64,000 bases of DNA from a virus (Duplodnaviria > Caudoviricetes): positions 47,158 to 111,157 of the IMG/VR virus record IMGVR_UViG_3300029305_002995; one strand, written 5' to 3'. The position numbers were made by a program, and so were the translations under genes. Numbering within the stretch: the first letter of the stretch is position 1; the number at the start of each line of letters is the position of its first letter. A model generated the notes under the pieces. It was not told the DNA's origin and made no database searches. It was given only the letters and a program-made list of their open reading frames with translations. Shown here piece by piece: positions 40,218 to 50,825 of this stretch.

Positions 40218-42482
40218 ATGCGAGTGTTGCTTTTATTTAGAGGTAGTCCCGCTTGTGGTAAATCTACTTTTATTGAACAGCATGGTCTAAAACCATATAC
40301 ATTGTGTGCTGATGATATTAGACTTCTTTGTGCAAGCCCTACTTTGCAGGTTGATGGTGGTTACGGTATTAGTCAGTCCAATGATAAAGTAGTATGGAAT
40401 ACCCTATTTAATATCTTAGAAACCCGTATGCAGAATGGTGAATTTACCGTTATTGATGCAACAAATTCTAAAACCGTTGAAATGAATCGTTATAAAGAAT
40501 TAGCACAGCATTATCGTTATAGAATCTACTGTATTGATATGACTGATATTCCTATCGATGAAGTCAAACGTAGAAATTATAATCGTGAGCCGATGAAACG
40601 TGTTCCAGATGAAGTAATCGACAAAATGTATTCTCGTTTTGCTACACAGCAGATTCCCGCAGGTATTAAGGTGTTGAAACCAGATGAAATAGACCAGATT
40701 TACTATAGATTTACAGACTTATCTCAATATGAAAATGTGTATGTAGTTGGTGATATTCATGGTTGTTATACTGCTTTGAAACAATTAATGGAGTCTTGCG
40801 GTGGTTTAAAAGACGAAGATTGTTGGATTTTCTGTGGAGATTATGTTGATAGAGGTGTTGAAAATGTTGAAACTATGCAGTTTTTACATAGCCTAATCAA
40901 CAAAAAGAATGTTATTTTTCTCGAAGGTAATCACGAAAGATGTCTTTGGGATTATGGTAACGATGTGATTTCTAAGTCTAAGGAGTTTGAGTTTGTGACT
41001 AAACCACAATTAATCAAAGGTGGTTTTAGCAGAAAACAAGCAAGAGAATTTTATCGCAAACTTGGACAGTGTTGTTATTTCAAATATCATAATCAGTTAT
41101 ACTTTGCAAATCATGGTGGCGTTAGTAATATGCCTGCAAATCCTTTGTTTATTCCATCAGAACAAATGATTGAAGGTGTGGGCAGATATGATGATGTAGA
41201 TAAAGTAGATATTGCTTGGAGTGATAATTTTAAAGCAAAAAATGTTTCAGCTATTCAGATTCATGGTCATCGGAATACTGCTAACTCTCCTATTTGGTCT
41301 ACTCCATACTCTTATAATTTAGAAGGTTCTGTTGAATTTGGTGGAATGTTACGTTGTGTTCGTTTAACTCTGCTTAGTTCTTATCCTGTTCCAATTGCTG
41401 TACAGAATGATGTGTATAAAACAGAAGAAGAAATTCAAGAATCTAATATCACCAAAGAAAATATAGATACTTCTATTTATAGCTTAGTTGAGACTATGAG
41501 AAGTCATAAGTATATTCGTGAGAATAGATTTGGTAATATTTCTGCTTTTAATTTTACCAAACAAGCTTTCCAGAAAGATATTTGGGATAAGACTACTGTA
41601 AAAGCAAGAGGTTTATTCATTAACACCAAAGACTATAAAGTAGTTGCCAGAGGTTATGAGAAGTTCTGGAACATTAATCAGATGCCAGAAACTAAGATTG
41701 CAAATCTTAAATTTAAGCTTCAATTCCCTGTTCAAGCTTATGTAAAAGAAAATGGTTTTCTTGGTATTGTGAGTTGGGATGTCGATAATGATGATTTATT
41801 CATTTGTAGTAAATCTACGCCTGTTGGCGAATATTCTAACTACATGAAAAATGCTCTGTATTCTTGTTATGATGCAAATACAATTAGTCAAATGAAGGAA
41901 TATATTAAAGAAAATAATGTATCTTTTGTATTTGAATGTTGTGACGCACAGAATGACCCACATATTATTGAATATCCAGAGACTAAAGTAGTTCTTTTGG
42001 ATATAATTAATAATGATATTGAGTTTGGTAAATTACCATATTATGAATTAAAAGCATTAGCAAGACATTTAGGATTGCAGGTTAAAATCCACGCTTATAC
42101 TCTTGATTCTTGGGAACAATTCTATGCTTGGTATTGTGAAGTAACAGAAGAAGATTATAAATTCAATGATAAATATATTGAAGGGTTTGTAATTGAAGAT
42201 TCTGTTGGTTATATGACTAAGTTAAAACTTGCCTACTATAATAAATGGAAACATTTAAGAAGTGTTGCACAAGCAATTATTAAATACGGTCATTACAAAT
42301 ATACTGGTAGTTTGAACGATAGTATCAGCAATGAATTTCATGGTTGGTGCAAGAGTAAATTCACTAATCTTTCCAGAGAAGAACGTGAAGCATTAAGTAA
42401 ATTATACTATTGTAATGTTATTCAAATCAGAAATCAGTTCTTTGAAGATATGACTAATAAAACAGAAATAGAAGGTGAATAA
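40218..42482 (+). CDS. Polynucleotide kinase / metallophosphoesterase / Rnl1-type RNA ligase fusion
   Basis: GSPACGKST; GDIHG, GDYVDRG, GNHE; KENGFLG, EGFV. Confidence 0.88.
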   Translation: MRVLLLFRGSPACGKSTFIEQHGLKPYTLCADDIRLLCASPTLQVDGGYGISQSNDKVVWNTLFNILETRMQNGEFTVIDATNSKTVEMNRYKELAQHYRYRIYCIDMTDIPIDEVKRRNYNREPMKRVPDEVIDKMYSRFATQQIPAGIKVLKPDEIDQIYYRFTDLSQYENVYVVGDIHGCYTALKQLMESCGGLKDEDCWIFCGDYVDRGVENVETMQFLHSLINKKNVIFLEGNHERCLWDYGNDVISKSKEFEFVTKPQLIKGGFSRKQAREFYRKLGQCCYFKYHNQLYFANHGGVSNMPANPLFIPSEQMIEGVGRYDDVDKVDIAWSDNFKAKNVSAIQIHGHRNTANSPIWSTPYSYNLEGSVEFGGMLRCVRLTLLSSYPVPIAVQNDVYKTEEEIQESNITKENIDTSIYSLVETMRSHKYIRENRFGNISAFNFTKQAFQKDIWDKTTVKARGLFINTKDYKVVARGYEKFWNINQMPETKIANLKFKLQFPVQAYVKENGFLGIVSWDVDNDDLFICSKSTPVGEYSNYMKNALYSCYDANTISQMKEYIKENNVSFVFECCDAQNDPHIIEYPETKVVLLDIINNDIEFGKLPYYELKALARHLGLQVKIHAYTLDSWEQFYAWYCEVTEEDYKFNDKYIEGFVIEDSVGYMTKLKLAYYNKWKHLRSVAQAIIKYGHYKYTGSLNDSISNEFHGWCKSKFTNLSREEREALSKLYYCNVIQIRNQFFEDMTNKTEIEGE

Positions 42483-42909
42483 AATGCATCAAGTATATAG
42501 AGTATATGATAGATTATCAAATAAATGGCTTAGTCCATTTGAAGTTTGCGAATTACCAAACGGTGATTTGTGTAGTTTGAAAAAAACATTGTTTGGCAAT
42601 TATAAAATGAAATTGCTTGCGGATAGTCAATATATTCGTCATAGATGTACTGGTAATGTAGATAGAAATAGAAAGTTAGTCTATGAAGGAGATATTTGTT
42701 GTCACGTTTCTAATGTTACTGGTATTATTACTTATCTTACTGAGTTATCCAGTTTTGTTTTGTTAGACCATAAAACAACCCAATATTTCCACCTTCCAGA
42801 GCAAGTATATAAAGACATTACTGTTATTGCCAATGTGTGCGATAATCCAGAGATTGCAGAACGTGAATTAACTACTTCTGAAAATAATAACGAGGATAAT
42901 GATGACTAA
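42475..42909 (+). CDS. YopX family protein
   Basis: YRVYD, TG..DRN.K..YEGDI, VIANV.DNPE. Confidence 0.75.
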   Translation: MNKMHQVYRVYDRLSNKWLSPFEVCELPNGDLCSLKKTLFGNYKMKLLADSQYIRHRCTGNVDRNRKLVYEGDICCHVSNVTGIITYLTELSSFVLLDHKTTQYFHLPEQVYKDITVIANVCDNPEIAERELTTSENNNEDNDD

Positions 42910-43795
42910 TACAAATCTAAAGGATTCAATTAAAAATTTTGTCAAGGTAAATCGAGCAGTTATAGCCAAACAAATTAAACATTTACAAGAAACCTATTAT
43001 ATTTACCCTACTGTAGCCATTCTTTGCAATTTTAACAATTCTTCTTCTGTCGCTTATATGAATAGTATCATTAAAGCTTGTGAAAATACAGACTTAGAAT
43101 ATTCTATTATTCATATTGAAGATAGAAGTGAATTAGATGTAATTGAAATTATCAAAAGATTGAATAACGATAATAATCTTCATGGTATTATTGTTACCTT
43201 ACCTTTGTCTAAACAATTCAATACACGCAGAGTGCTTAATACTATCGACCCATTAAAAGATATTGACTGCGTGACCGATGTAAATATTGGTAAATTATTT
43301 ACTGGAAAACCTCGTTATTATCCATGCACTCCAATGGCTATTGTAAATTGGCTTGTAGATTCCAATGTGCGTCTTAGCGGAATGAATATTGTTGTTGTTG
43401 GTAGAAGTGATATTGTTGGTAAACCTTTAGCTACCATACTAACACAAAAAGATGCTACAGTTACCTTGTGTCATTCCAAAACACAGGGTTTACAAGGTAT
43501 TTGTAAAGATGCAGATATTGTAATTACTGCAATTGGACAGCCCAAAATGTTAACTACGGATTATTTTACTCTAAACACCCTAATTATCGATGCAGGTATT
43601 AATGTATTGGAAGATGGTAGTATCTGTGGCGATGTAGATTACGACAATGTTAAAAATATTGAAGGTGTGACCCTTACTCCTGTTCCAAATGGTATTGGTA
43701 GAATTACCACTTCGATGGTAGTAGAAAATTGTGTATTAGCTGCTCAAAAGCAGATAGATAAACGGTTACTTCAAATTGCTTTAGGTGATATTTAA
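42899..43795 (+). CDS. folD: Methylenetetrahydrofolate dehydrogenase/cyclohydrolase
   Basis: KDID, PCTP, GRSDIVGKP, TVTLCHS, TPVPNGIG. Confidence 0.93.
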   Translation: MMTNTNLKDSIKNFVKVNRAVIAKQIKHLQETYYIYPTVAILCNFNNSSSVAYMNSIIKACENTDLEYSIIHIEDRSELDVIEIIKRLNNDNNLHGIIVTLPLSKQFNTRRVLNTIDPLKDIDCVTDVNIGKLFTGKPRYYPCTPMAIVNWLVDSNVRLSGMNIVVVGRSDIVGKPLATILTQKDATVTLCHSKTQGLQGICKDADIVITAIGQPKMLTTDYFTLNTLIIDAGINVLEDGSICGDVDYDNVKNIEGVTLTPVPNGIGRITTSMVVENCVLAAQKQIDKRLLQIALGDI

Positions 43796-44108
43796 TATGA
43801 AAGAATTTCTTCCAAAAGACGCTACAGATGAAGTTGTAGATTTTATTGAAAAACGATTTTCTAAAGATAGCGATTGGTTAAATGGTAATTGCTATTACTT
43901 CGCATTGATTCTTAAAACAAGGTTTCCTAAAGGTAAAATCTATTATGATACGATTGAAGGACATTTTGTTTTAAGATACGAAGGTAAGTATTATGACTGG
44001 CTTGGTGAATATACGCCTGTTAAACGTTCTGCTGTAAAACAGTGGAGCAGAATGGGTAGCGTTGACCCATATTTAAGAGATATTATCAAAAGAGATTGCT
44101 TAATGTAA
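43785..44108 (+). CDS. Hypothetical protein (GNCYYFA...H...YYD papain-like pattern)
   Basis: ORF track. Confidence 0.65.
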   Translation: MIFNMKEFLPKDATDEVVDFIEKRFSKDSDWLNGNCYYFALILKTRFPKGKIYYDTIEGHFVLRYEGKYYDWLGEYTPVKRSAVKQWSRMGSVDPYLRDIIKRDCLM

Positions 44109-44121
44109 AGAGGTGATTAAA

Positions 44122-44553
44122 ATGAAACAGGAAATTCAGTTCTATCTTGCAGGAGGTATGAGTGGTTTGACACTTGAAGGACAAACTAAATGGAGGAATC
44201 AAGTACAAGATGCTATTAAATTTAGTGATTATGACCTTGTAAAAACTCCTAAATTCTTTGACCCTACCACTAAATATTCTATTTTTGAAAACTATCATAA
44301 ATCCGAGCGTGAAGTTTTTGAGTATGATGTTAGAAACTTAAAATGGTCTGATGTGGTTATTGTAAACTTCAACGTTCCGAGTTCTATTGGTACTGCTATG
44401 GAACTTATGTGTGCAAAAGAAAATGGTATTCCAGTTATTGGATTAAATAAAGATGGAAATACTTTACATCCTTGGCTTGAAGAATGTACGACCAGAATGT
44501 GTACTTCTATGCAGGAACTTGTAGATTATGCCGTTCATTATTTCTTACAGTAA
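44122..44553 (+). CDS. Nucleoside 2-deoxyribosyltransferase-like protein
   Basis: FYLAGGM, D...L..SD, SIGTAME. Confidence 0.8.
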   Translation: MKQEIQFYLAGGMSGLTLEGQTKWRNQVQDAIKFSDYDLVKTPKFFDPTTKYSIFENYHKSEREVFEYDVRNLKWSDVVIVNFNVPSSIGTAMELMCAKENGIPVIGLNKDGNTLHPWLEECTTRMCTSMQELVDYAVHYFLQ

Positions 44554-44689
44554 TAAATATTTTAAGAAAATAAGGTTATCAGCTATTGACTAAATGAAAA
44601 TTTTGGTGTATAATTAATTTATGATAATAAGGTTGTACGCTAATATAGCCTTAATTATACAAAGACAAAATAAGGAGTGAAAACCAATT

Positions 44690-45862
44690 ATGGCAGATAA
44701 AAAAGTAATTGAAAAATCCGATTGGATTAGTGACTTTACTTTGGTAGGTAAACCAAATATCACTGATTTTACTTTCAAGTTGAATGAACGTAGCAATGAA
44801 TCTAACTATGTATATAATAGTTTGAATCTCGGTGTAAATTGTGGTGAACGTTATGGTACTGTTTATGCAGAAATGATGGGTGGCTACAGCGATAAACCAG
44901 ATGCAAACAATGTAATCTATGCTCATGGTAAAAAAGATGATGGTTCTGATGATTTTAGTAAACAGATTGTAGTTAATTGGGAAGATAGATTTGACCCAGA
45001 TGTATTAGATGAAATTGGCGAACTTTCCTTTATTACCGTAGGTCTTGAAAAGACTTCTAAAAGTAAGAAAACATTTTACAATAAATTCCTTAGTGCATTT
45101 GATGCTATCGAATATATTGAAAAATGTTTAACTAAAGATATGACTATCTATGTTCGTGGTAATTTGAAATATTCTTCTTATAAAGGCAAAACCCAGATTC
45201 GTAAAAATATTACCAATATTGTTCTGAGTGAAGCAGAAGAAAAAGACTATCGTGCTACTTTCCGTCAGTCTGTTCTTTATGACAAAACTTCTGCAAGTCT
45301 GAAAAACATTGATAAAACTAAAAGCGTTATGTTTGTCGATGGCAGAGTTTTGGACTATGTAAAAGAAATGAATGGCGTTGAAGTAAAAGGACAGTTCCCA
45401 TTCCCTTGTCAGTTTGAGTGGGAAATGGACTTCACCAACGAAGCACAGTGTAGAGCTGTTGTAGATAAAGTATTCAAAGTTAAAAAAGATGTAAATCAGA
45501 TGACTTTTGAAGGTATCTTTGTTGAAGGTGGAGCAAGTGTAGCTATTGACTACGAAAAAGATGTTCCAGATGAAATTAAAGAACTTGTAGAAGCCAATGT
45601 TTATACCAAAGAGCAGGCTATTGAAGCTTGTACTGCAAAAGGCAATCGTGAACAGCGTATGATTCTAAAACGACCATATATTAAATTGGTTGGCGAAGAG
45701 AAAATGCCTGTACTACAGCGTTTTGAAGCTAAATACAAAGAAGATGATTTGTATTTGGATTATGTATATGCAAATGATGGTGATGATATTGAAGTAGATA
45801 CTACCAATGTTGAATCTACTAATATCGATTCCGATGATATGTCTTGGATGGACAATTTGTAA
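44690..45862 (+). CDS. Putative ssDNA-binding (OB-fold) replication protein
   Basis: First gene of the replication operon; VRGNLKYS motif; acidic tail. Confidence 0.5.
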   Translation: MADKKVIEKSDWISDFTLVGKPNITDFTFKLNERSNESNYVYNSLNLGVNCGERYGTVYAEMMGGYSDKPDANNVIYAHGKKDDGSDDFSKQIVVNWEDRFDPDVLDEIGELSFITVGLEKTSKSKKTFYNKFLSAFDAIEYIEKCLTKDMTIYVRGNLKYSSYKGKTQIRKNITNIVLSEAEEKDYRATFRQSVLYDKTSASLKNIDKTKSVMFVDGRVLDYVKEMNGVEVKGQFPFPCQFEWEMDFTNEAQCRAVVDKVFKVKKDVNQMTFEGIFVEGGASVAIDYEKDVPDEIKELVEANVYTKEQAIEACTAKGNREQRMILKRPYIKLVGEEKMPVLQRFEAKYKEDDLYLDYVYANDGDDIEVDTTNVESTNIDSDDMSWMDNL

Positions 45863-45939
45863 ACGGCAAAGAAAATAAGGTTATAATTTCTAAAGGCGAG
45901 GTTGTCCCCCTCGCCTATTAACCTAAAGGAGTGTAAAAG

Positions 45940-47085
45940 ATGGCTTTTAAGTTCGGAAAGAAAAACGAAATTAAAATTGACCCTTTGAAATATAATTTAG
46001 CATTAATTGGTGAAAGTGGTATTGGTAAAACCACAATTATCAAAGAATATGTAGAAAAATTAGCTGGTGAAGATGGTTATATGTTCCTTGAAATGGGCAA
46101 AGAAGATGGTGCAGATGCTATCCAAGGTATTAATGCTTTGAATTGTCCAGAATGGGACGCTGATTATGACGAAACAACTAATAGCATTGGTTTTAATACA
46201 TTTGTTGAAGATGTAATGGACAATCGTTCTACTGACTGGAAAGACCTTAAAGTAGTAGTTGTAGATACTATGGATGAACTGTTTGCTATTGCAGAGCCAG
46301 AAGTAGTATCTATGCATAATAGAGAAAATCCAAATAAACGTGTTAAAAGTATTAAAGCTGCTTTTGGTGGATTCCAAGGCGGTGAAGAAAAAGCAGTTGA
46401 AATTGTATTGGATAGATTGTGGTCTTTGAAAAAAGTTGGTGTTTCTTTTATTGTCATCGGACACACTAAAACCAGAAACGTTGTTGACCCTGTAACTGGT
46501 GAAGATTACTTGCAGTTAACCACCAATATGCCACAGAGATACTTTAATGCAATTAAAACCAAAGTTCATTTCCTTGGTGTAGCTGCTATCGATAGAGAAA
46601 TTGTATCTGTAAAAACTGGCAAGAAGAATGTTGTTACTGGCGAAGCGGTTAAAAAAGGTGTTGTCAAGGGCGAAACTCGCAAGATTACCTTTAGAGACGA
46701 TAACTTTGTTATCGATAGTAAATCTCGATTCTCTGATATTGTAGAAAGTATCCCTATGGATTGCGATTTACTTATTAAAGCTATTACTGATGCTATTGCT
46801 AATGAACAGAAGAAGTCTGGTATGAGTATGGCTGATATGCAGGAAAAACAGAAAAAAGAAGAAGAAAATAGATTAGCTCAGATTGCTAAAAAAGAAGAAG
46901 AACGTAAAAAAGCAGAAGAACTTAATGAAGTGGTAAGTAAAATCGTAACTTTCTTTACTGAAAATAAGTCCAATCTCGAAGTAATTAGACCAATTCTTGC
47001 TAAATGTAAGGAGCTTGGTTATGCTAATCCAAAAGAAATTGACAACATCGAAGATGCACAGGTTGTATTTGAAATGTGTAAATAG
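45940..47085 (+). CDS. AAA_24/Sak4-like ATPase
   Basis: GESGIGKT, VVVDT, IGH. Confidence 0.8.
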   Translation: MAFKFGKKNEIKIDPLKYNLALIGESGIGKTTIIKEYVEKLAGEDGYMFLEMGKEDGADAIQGINALNCPEWDADYDETTNSIGFNTFVEDVMDNRSTDWKDLKVVVVDTMDELFAIAEPEVVSMHNRENPNKRVKSIKAAFGGFQGGEEKAVEIVLDRLWSLKKVGVSFIVIGHTKTRNVVDPVTGEDYLQLTTNMPQRYFNAIKTKVHFLGVAAIDREIVSVKTGKKNVVTGEAVKKGVVKGETRKITFRDDNFVIDSKSRFSDIVESIPMDCDLLIKAITDAIANEQKKSGMSMADMQEKQKKEEENRLAQIAKKEEERKKAEELNEVVSKIVTFFTENKSNLEVIRPILAKCKELGYANPKEIDNIEDAQVVFEMCK

Positions 47086-47162
47086 TTTTAGGTTAATGTT
47101 TTGCTATCTGCTTGTAATCTATACACGTTACAAGCAGATAGCAACAAAAAGAGGTAGATAAC

Positions 47163-47750
47163 ATGGCAAGACAATTAAAACAGTATTCGTTGTTTGGTGA
47201 TGCTATCGAACAGGATGAAAATAAGAAAACCAAAAAAAAACCTGTTAAAATGACAGAAGAAGAAAAGAAAGAGTTTGATGAATTGTATCAATATGTTCGC
47301 ATTGAATTGTTAGGATATAAAGATAATAATAAACTAATGAAACAATCTATTCTTCGACTTAAAGGATTGAAAAATGGACAGTATATGGTAAATCGTTCTA
47401 ATTCCATTGAGTTTCCATGCGATTATTCTTATAAATCTTGGTTAGTAACCTTTAAGGCTGTATCACAAAAAATCAAATATGGATTGCAACATAATACCTT
47501 TACTGATGAACTGCATCAAATCAATTATATGATAAAAATTGCAGAATCTAAAATTAATGAAATTTGTTTGGCTATGCAACGTGCAGAAAAACAAAAACAA
47601 TTGAATGAAGAAATGGCTAAAACTCTTGACAGTATGGAAGAAATTCAGAAAAGACAAGAATTTCGTCAAACTATTACAGACAATAGACGTAAGCAAAATG
47701 AAGAACGTAAACCAGACTTTGTTCAAAAGAAATACAAACATTTGTGGTAG
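47163..47750 (+). CDS. Hypothetical replication-module protein
   Basis: Located between the ATPase and the helicase. Confidence 0.65.
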   Translation: MARQLKQYSLFGDAIEQDENKKTKKKPVKMTEEEKKEFDELYQYVRIELLGYKDNNKLMKQSILRLKGLKNGQYMVNRSNSIEFPCDYSYKSWLVTFKAVSQKIKYGLQHNTFTDELHQINYMIKIAESKINEICLAMQRAEKQKQLNEEMAKTLDSMEEIQKRQEFRQTITDNRRKQNEERKPDFVQKKYKHLW

Positions 47751-47759
47751 GTGTTTGAA

Positions 47760-49286
47760 ATGGCTGAAAAAAATGTAAAGCAACCTTTACAAAATGCTAA
47801 TCAGTCTACTACTACTGAATATTCAGAGAATACAATTAAGACTCTGAAACAAATCCTTGACTATAAAAAAGCAGCAGAAGCAAACATTGTTGCTATTATA
47901 TATAAAAAGCCAGATGTTTTATATAATATCAATTTAGTAGTTCAAGACTTCCATCATAATGAATGGCGTACATTTTTTCAAATTGCCTATGGTGTTATTA
48001 TTATCGAAGGAAAGGCTTCTTTAGATGATATTACGATTGGTTTCTATCTTGAAAAACATCCAGAATTGAAAATCAATTATGAAAAATACGGTAGTTATGA
48101 AACAATAGATAAAGCCACTACTTATATTAGAGAAGAAAATCTTGATGGCTATGTTATTGAATTAAAAAAATGGAAAGTTATTATTGAACTTTGCAAATCT
48201 GGTTTCCCTGTTGATAAACGATTAAAAGATTATATAGATATGTCCGAAGAAGAAGTTTATAAAGAGTATGAGTTGCTAATTAATCATATCTTTGCTAATT
48301 CTTCACAGGATATTAAAAGTTATAATGCTTTTGATGGAATGAGTGATTTTGTTGAAGAACTAAATACAGGCTCTCAAACAGGAATAGACTTGTACAATGC
48401 TGAATTATTAACAGATGAAATCGGTGGCTTTAATCTAAATGGACATATTTATGGGTTAGGTGCAGGCTCTGGTGTAGGTAAATCTACAATGGCGTTTAAC
48501 TATCTTGTTCCTTCTGCAATGGAAAATAAAGAACCAATTGTTTTTATTATTAATGAAGAAGATGAACGTAAAATTAAAAAAGAGCTATTAATATGGGTGG
48601 CTAATAATATTTTTAAATTTAATCTTCAAAAGAAAACGTTGCGTGATGGTCATTTTACACCAGAAGTTTTAAAACAATTACATGAGTGTGCCAAATGGAT
48701 TGAAGATAAAAAAGAAGAACAGTTTTTAACTATTATTCCATTAGAGCGTTATTCGGTTAATCTTGCTGTAAAAATTATAAAAAAATATGCTACGCTTGGT
48801 GTTCGTATTTTTGTTTTAGATACGTTAAAAGAAAGTTTCGATGCTGATACCGATGAAATCTATAAATCTATGATGCGTGACATGATTACACTGTATGATA
48901 CAGTGAAATCTTCTGCTAAGAACGTAGGATTGTTTGTTACATATCAGCTTGGCAAAGCCAGTCTAAAACAAAGATATTTAACAAATAATGATATTGGTCA
49001 AGCTAAATCCATTGTCGATGTTATGTCTGTAAATCTTATGATGCGAAGATTCTATGAAGATGAATACGAAGGTGGAGCAAAAAGCCTCCCCTGTACATTT
49101 ACAATGGGAAAACATGGACAGACACAAGTAACACGTTACATGAAGAAAGAACAAAATCCAATGATTACGTTTATCACTAAAAACCGTTTTGGTGAGACAA
49201 ATCGTAGACAAATCATTTCCGAATGTGATTTGAGTACCAATATCTATAAAGATGTGGCTTATGCACAGGTAGTACAAGACTTTTAG
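47760..49286 (+). CDS. dnaB: DnaB-like replicative helicase
   Basis: GAGSGVGKST, LDTLK, TYQL, KNRFG. Confidence 0.85.
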   Translation: MAEKNVKQPLQNANQSTTTEYSENTIKTLKQILDYKKAAEANIVAIIYKKPDVLYNINLVVQDFHHNEWRTFFQIAYGVIIIEGKASLDDITIGFYLEKHPELKINYEKYGSYETIDKATTYIREENLDGYVIELKKWKVIIELCKSGFPVDKRLKDYIDMSEEEVYKEYELLINHIFANSSQDIKSYNAFDGMSDFVEELNTGSQTGIDLYNAELLTDEIGGFNLNGHIYGLGAGSGVGKSTMAFNYLVPSAMENKEPIVFIINEEDERKIKKELLIWVANNIFKFNLQKKTLRDGHFTPEVLKQLHECAKWIEDKKEEQFLTIIPLERYSVNLAVKIIKKYATLGVRIFVLDTLKESFDADTDEIYKSMMRDMITLYDTVKSSAKNVGLFVTYQLGKASLKQRYLTNNDIGQAKSIVDVMSVNLMMRRFYEDEYEGGAKSLPCTFTMGKHGQTQVTRYMKKEQNPMITFITKNRFGETNRRQIISECDLSTNIYKDVAYAQVVQDF

Positions 49287-49304
49287 TGTTAAAGGATAAG
49301 AAAA

Positions 49305-50381
49305 ATGACGGTAGGAGAACTGAAACAATATATCTTTAAGAATGAAAAAATTGAATTTATTCTTGAAAATATAGGTTGTCATTCAATTAAGTATCACCCT
49401 TTAAAAGAGTATTATTCGTGTGCTAATTATGATGGCGATAATCCTACTGCTATCAATGTCAAGAACAATAAATATCTCAATGTAGTTAATTACACACGAA
49501 AAAACTTTGATGAAAATGCAGATATTATTTCGCTAATACAACACAATAAGAAATTATCATTTGTAGAAGCGATTAAATATCTGCATAGAATCTTAGGATT
49601 GGAATATAAGTGGTCTAAAATACAAAAAACACCAGAAAAAACATCAGACCCTTTAGATATTTTTAAACGAGTACAAAGTAAAAAAAGAGCATTTGTATTC
49701 GATACATCTAATATTAAAATCTATGACGATTCTACATTGGATGTATATATTCCAAAGTTGTATATAGGTTGGTTTCGTGAAGGTATCATGCCTTGGACAA
49801 GAAAAAAATTTGGAATTGCCTATTCTTATAGACAAAGCAGGATTATTATTCCACTAAGATATTGGTTGACTGGTGAATTACTTGGAACAAATGCAAGAAC
49901 AATTCACGAAGATGCAGAATTACTTGGTATTCCAAAGTATTTCATTACACCATCTTACCCTAAGAATATTAACTTGTATGGTTTATATGAGAATTACGAA
50001 GCAATACAGCAAGCAGGATATGTTGTTGTATATGAAGCTGAAAAATCAGTTTTGAAACGTGATAGTCTAAACGACCCTACAGGTGTAGCATTGCAAGGGC
50101 ATTTCTTGTCAGATGAACAAGCTAAAATACTAATTGGTTTAAATGTAGATATTATTGTTGCCTTAGATAAAGATGTACCATTACAAGAAGTTAGATATAT
50201 GTGTAACCAGTTGTCTCATGGACGTAATGTGTATTATATGTATGATAAATGGGATATTCTAAATGAAAAAGATAGTCCTGCTGATAATGCTAAAGGTTAT
50301 AAATATCTATTTGAGCATAAAATCAAATTTGACTTTACGGAACAACAAGAGTTTCTTAGAGAACAAGGGGTGATAAAATGA
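49305..50381 (+). CDS. DNA primase (TOPRIM)
   Basis: RIIIPLR, LYGL, YEAEKSV, VALDKD, KDSPAD. Confidence 0.82.
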   Translation: MTVGELKQYIFKNEKIEFILENIGCHSIKYHPLKEYYSCANYDGDNPTAINVKNNKYLNVVNYTRKNFDENADIISLIQHNKKLSFVEAIKYLHRILGLEYKWSKIQKTPEKTSDPLDIFKRVQSKKRAFVFDTSNIKIYDDSTLDVYIPKLYIGWFREGIMPWTRKKFGIAYSYRQSRIIIPLRYWLTGELLGTNARTIHEDAELLGIPKYFITPSYPKNINLYGLYENYEAIQQAGYVVVYEAEKSVLKRDSLNDPTGVALQGHFLSDEQAKILIGLNVDIIVALDKDVPLQEVRYMCNQLSHGRNVYYMYDKWDILNEKDSPADNAKGYKYLFEHKIKFDFTEQQEFLREQGVIK

Positions 50382-50602
50382 CGCTTTTATTTTCAGATAG
50401 AAAAGGAAAATTGCGTATCATTGCAAAAGTTCAAACCGAAGAAGAAGCATGGGATAAAATTGTGGAATTTTGTAAAAGTCATAATTACACAATCCCTTAT
50501 GTTCGTATGTGGGAAGTAGATGGTTTCAAATACTATGATGTTGGTTCACATACAGAAAAGTTCGTTTTAAGAAAGGCGAATGAAAATGAAAAGAATGAAT
50601 AA
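50378..50602 (+). CDS. Small conserved phage protein
   Basis: YVRMW...YDVGSHTE. Confidence 0.65.
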   Translation: MTLLFSDRKGKLRIIAKVQTEEEAWDKIVEFCKSHNYTIPYVRMWEVDGFKYYDVGSHTEKFVLRKANENEKNE

Positions 50603-50804
50603 AACAAAAGCGGTTTTATCTCACTTGCAACAATTTGGAACGATAACCAGTATTGAAGCAGTTGAAATGTTTGGTGCAACAAGATTGGCGGCAATTGTTT
50701 TTGAATTGCGTAAACGTGGTTATAAAATTAGAACCGAAGATGTTCCTTTTGTTGATAGATTTGGCAGTTCTGGTGTTTGTGCCAAATATCATTTAGAGCA
50801 ATAG
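50580..50804 (+). CDS. Small HTH protein
   Basis: HLQQFGTITSIEA...RLAAIVFELRKRGY. Confidence 0.75.
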   Translation: MKMKRMNKTKAVLSHLQQFGTITSIEAVEMFGATRLAAIVFELRKRGYKIRTEDVPFVDRFGSSGVCAKYHLEQ

Positions 50805-50825
50805 AAAGTAAGGTTGTGTTTCACT

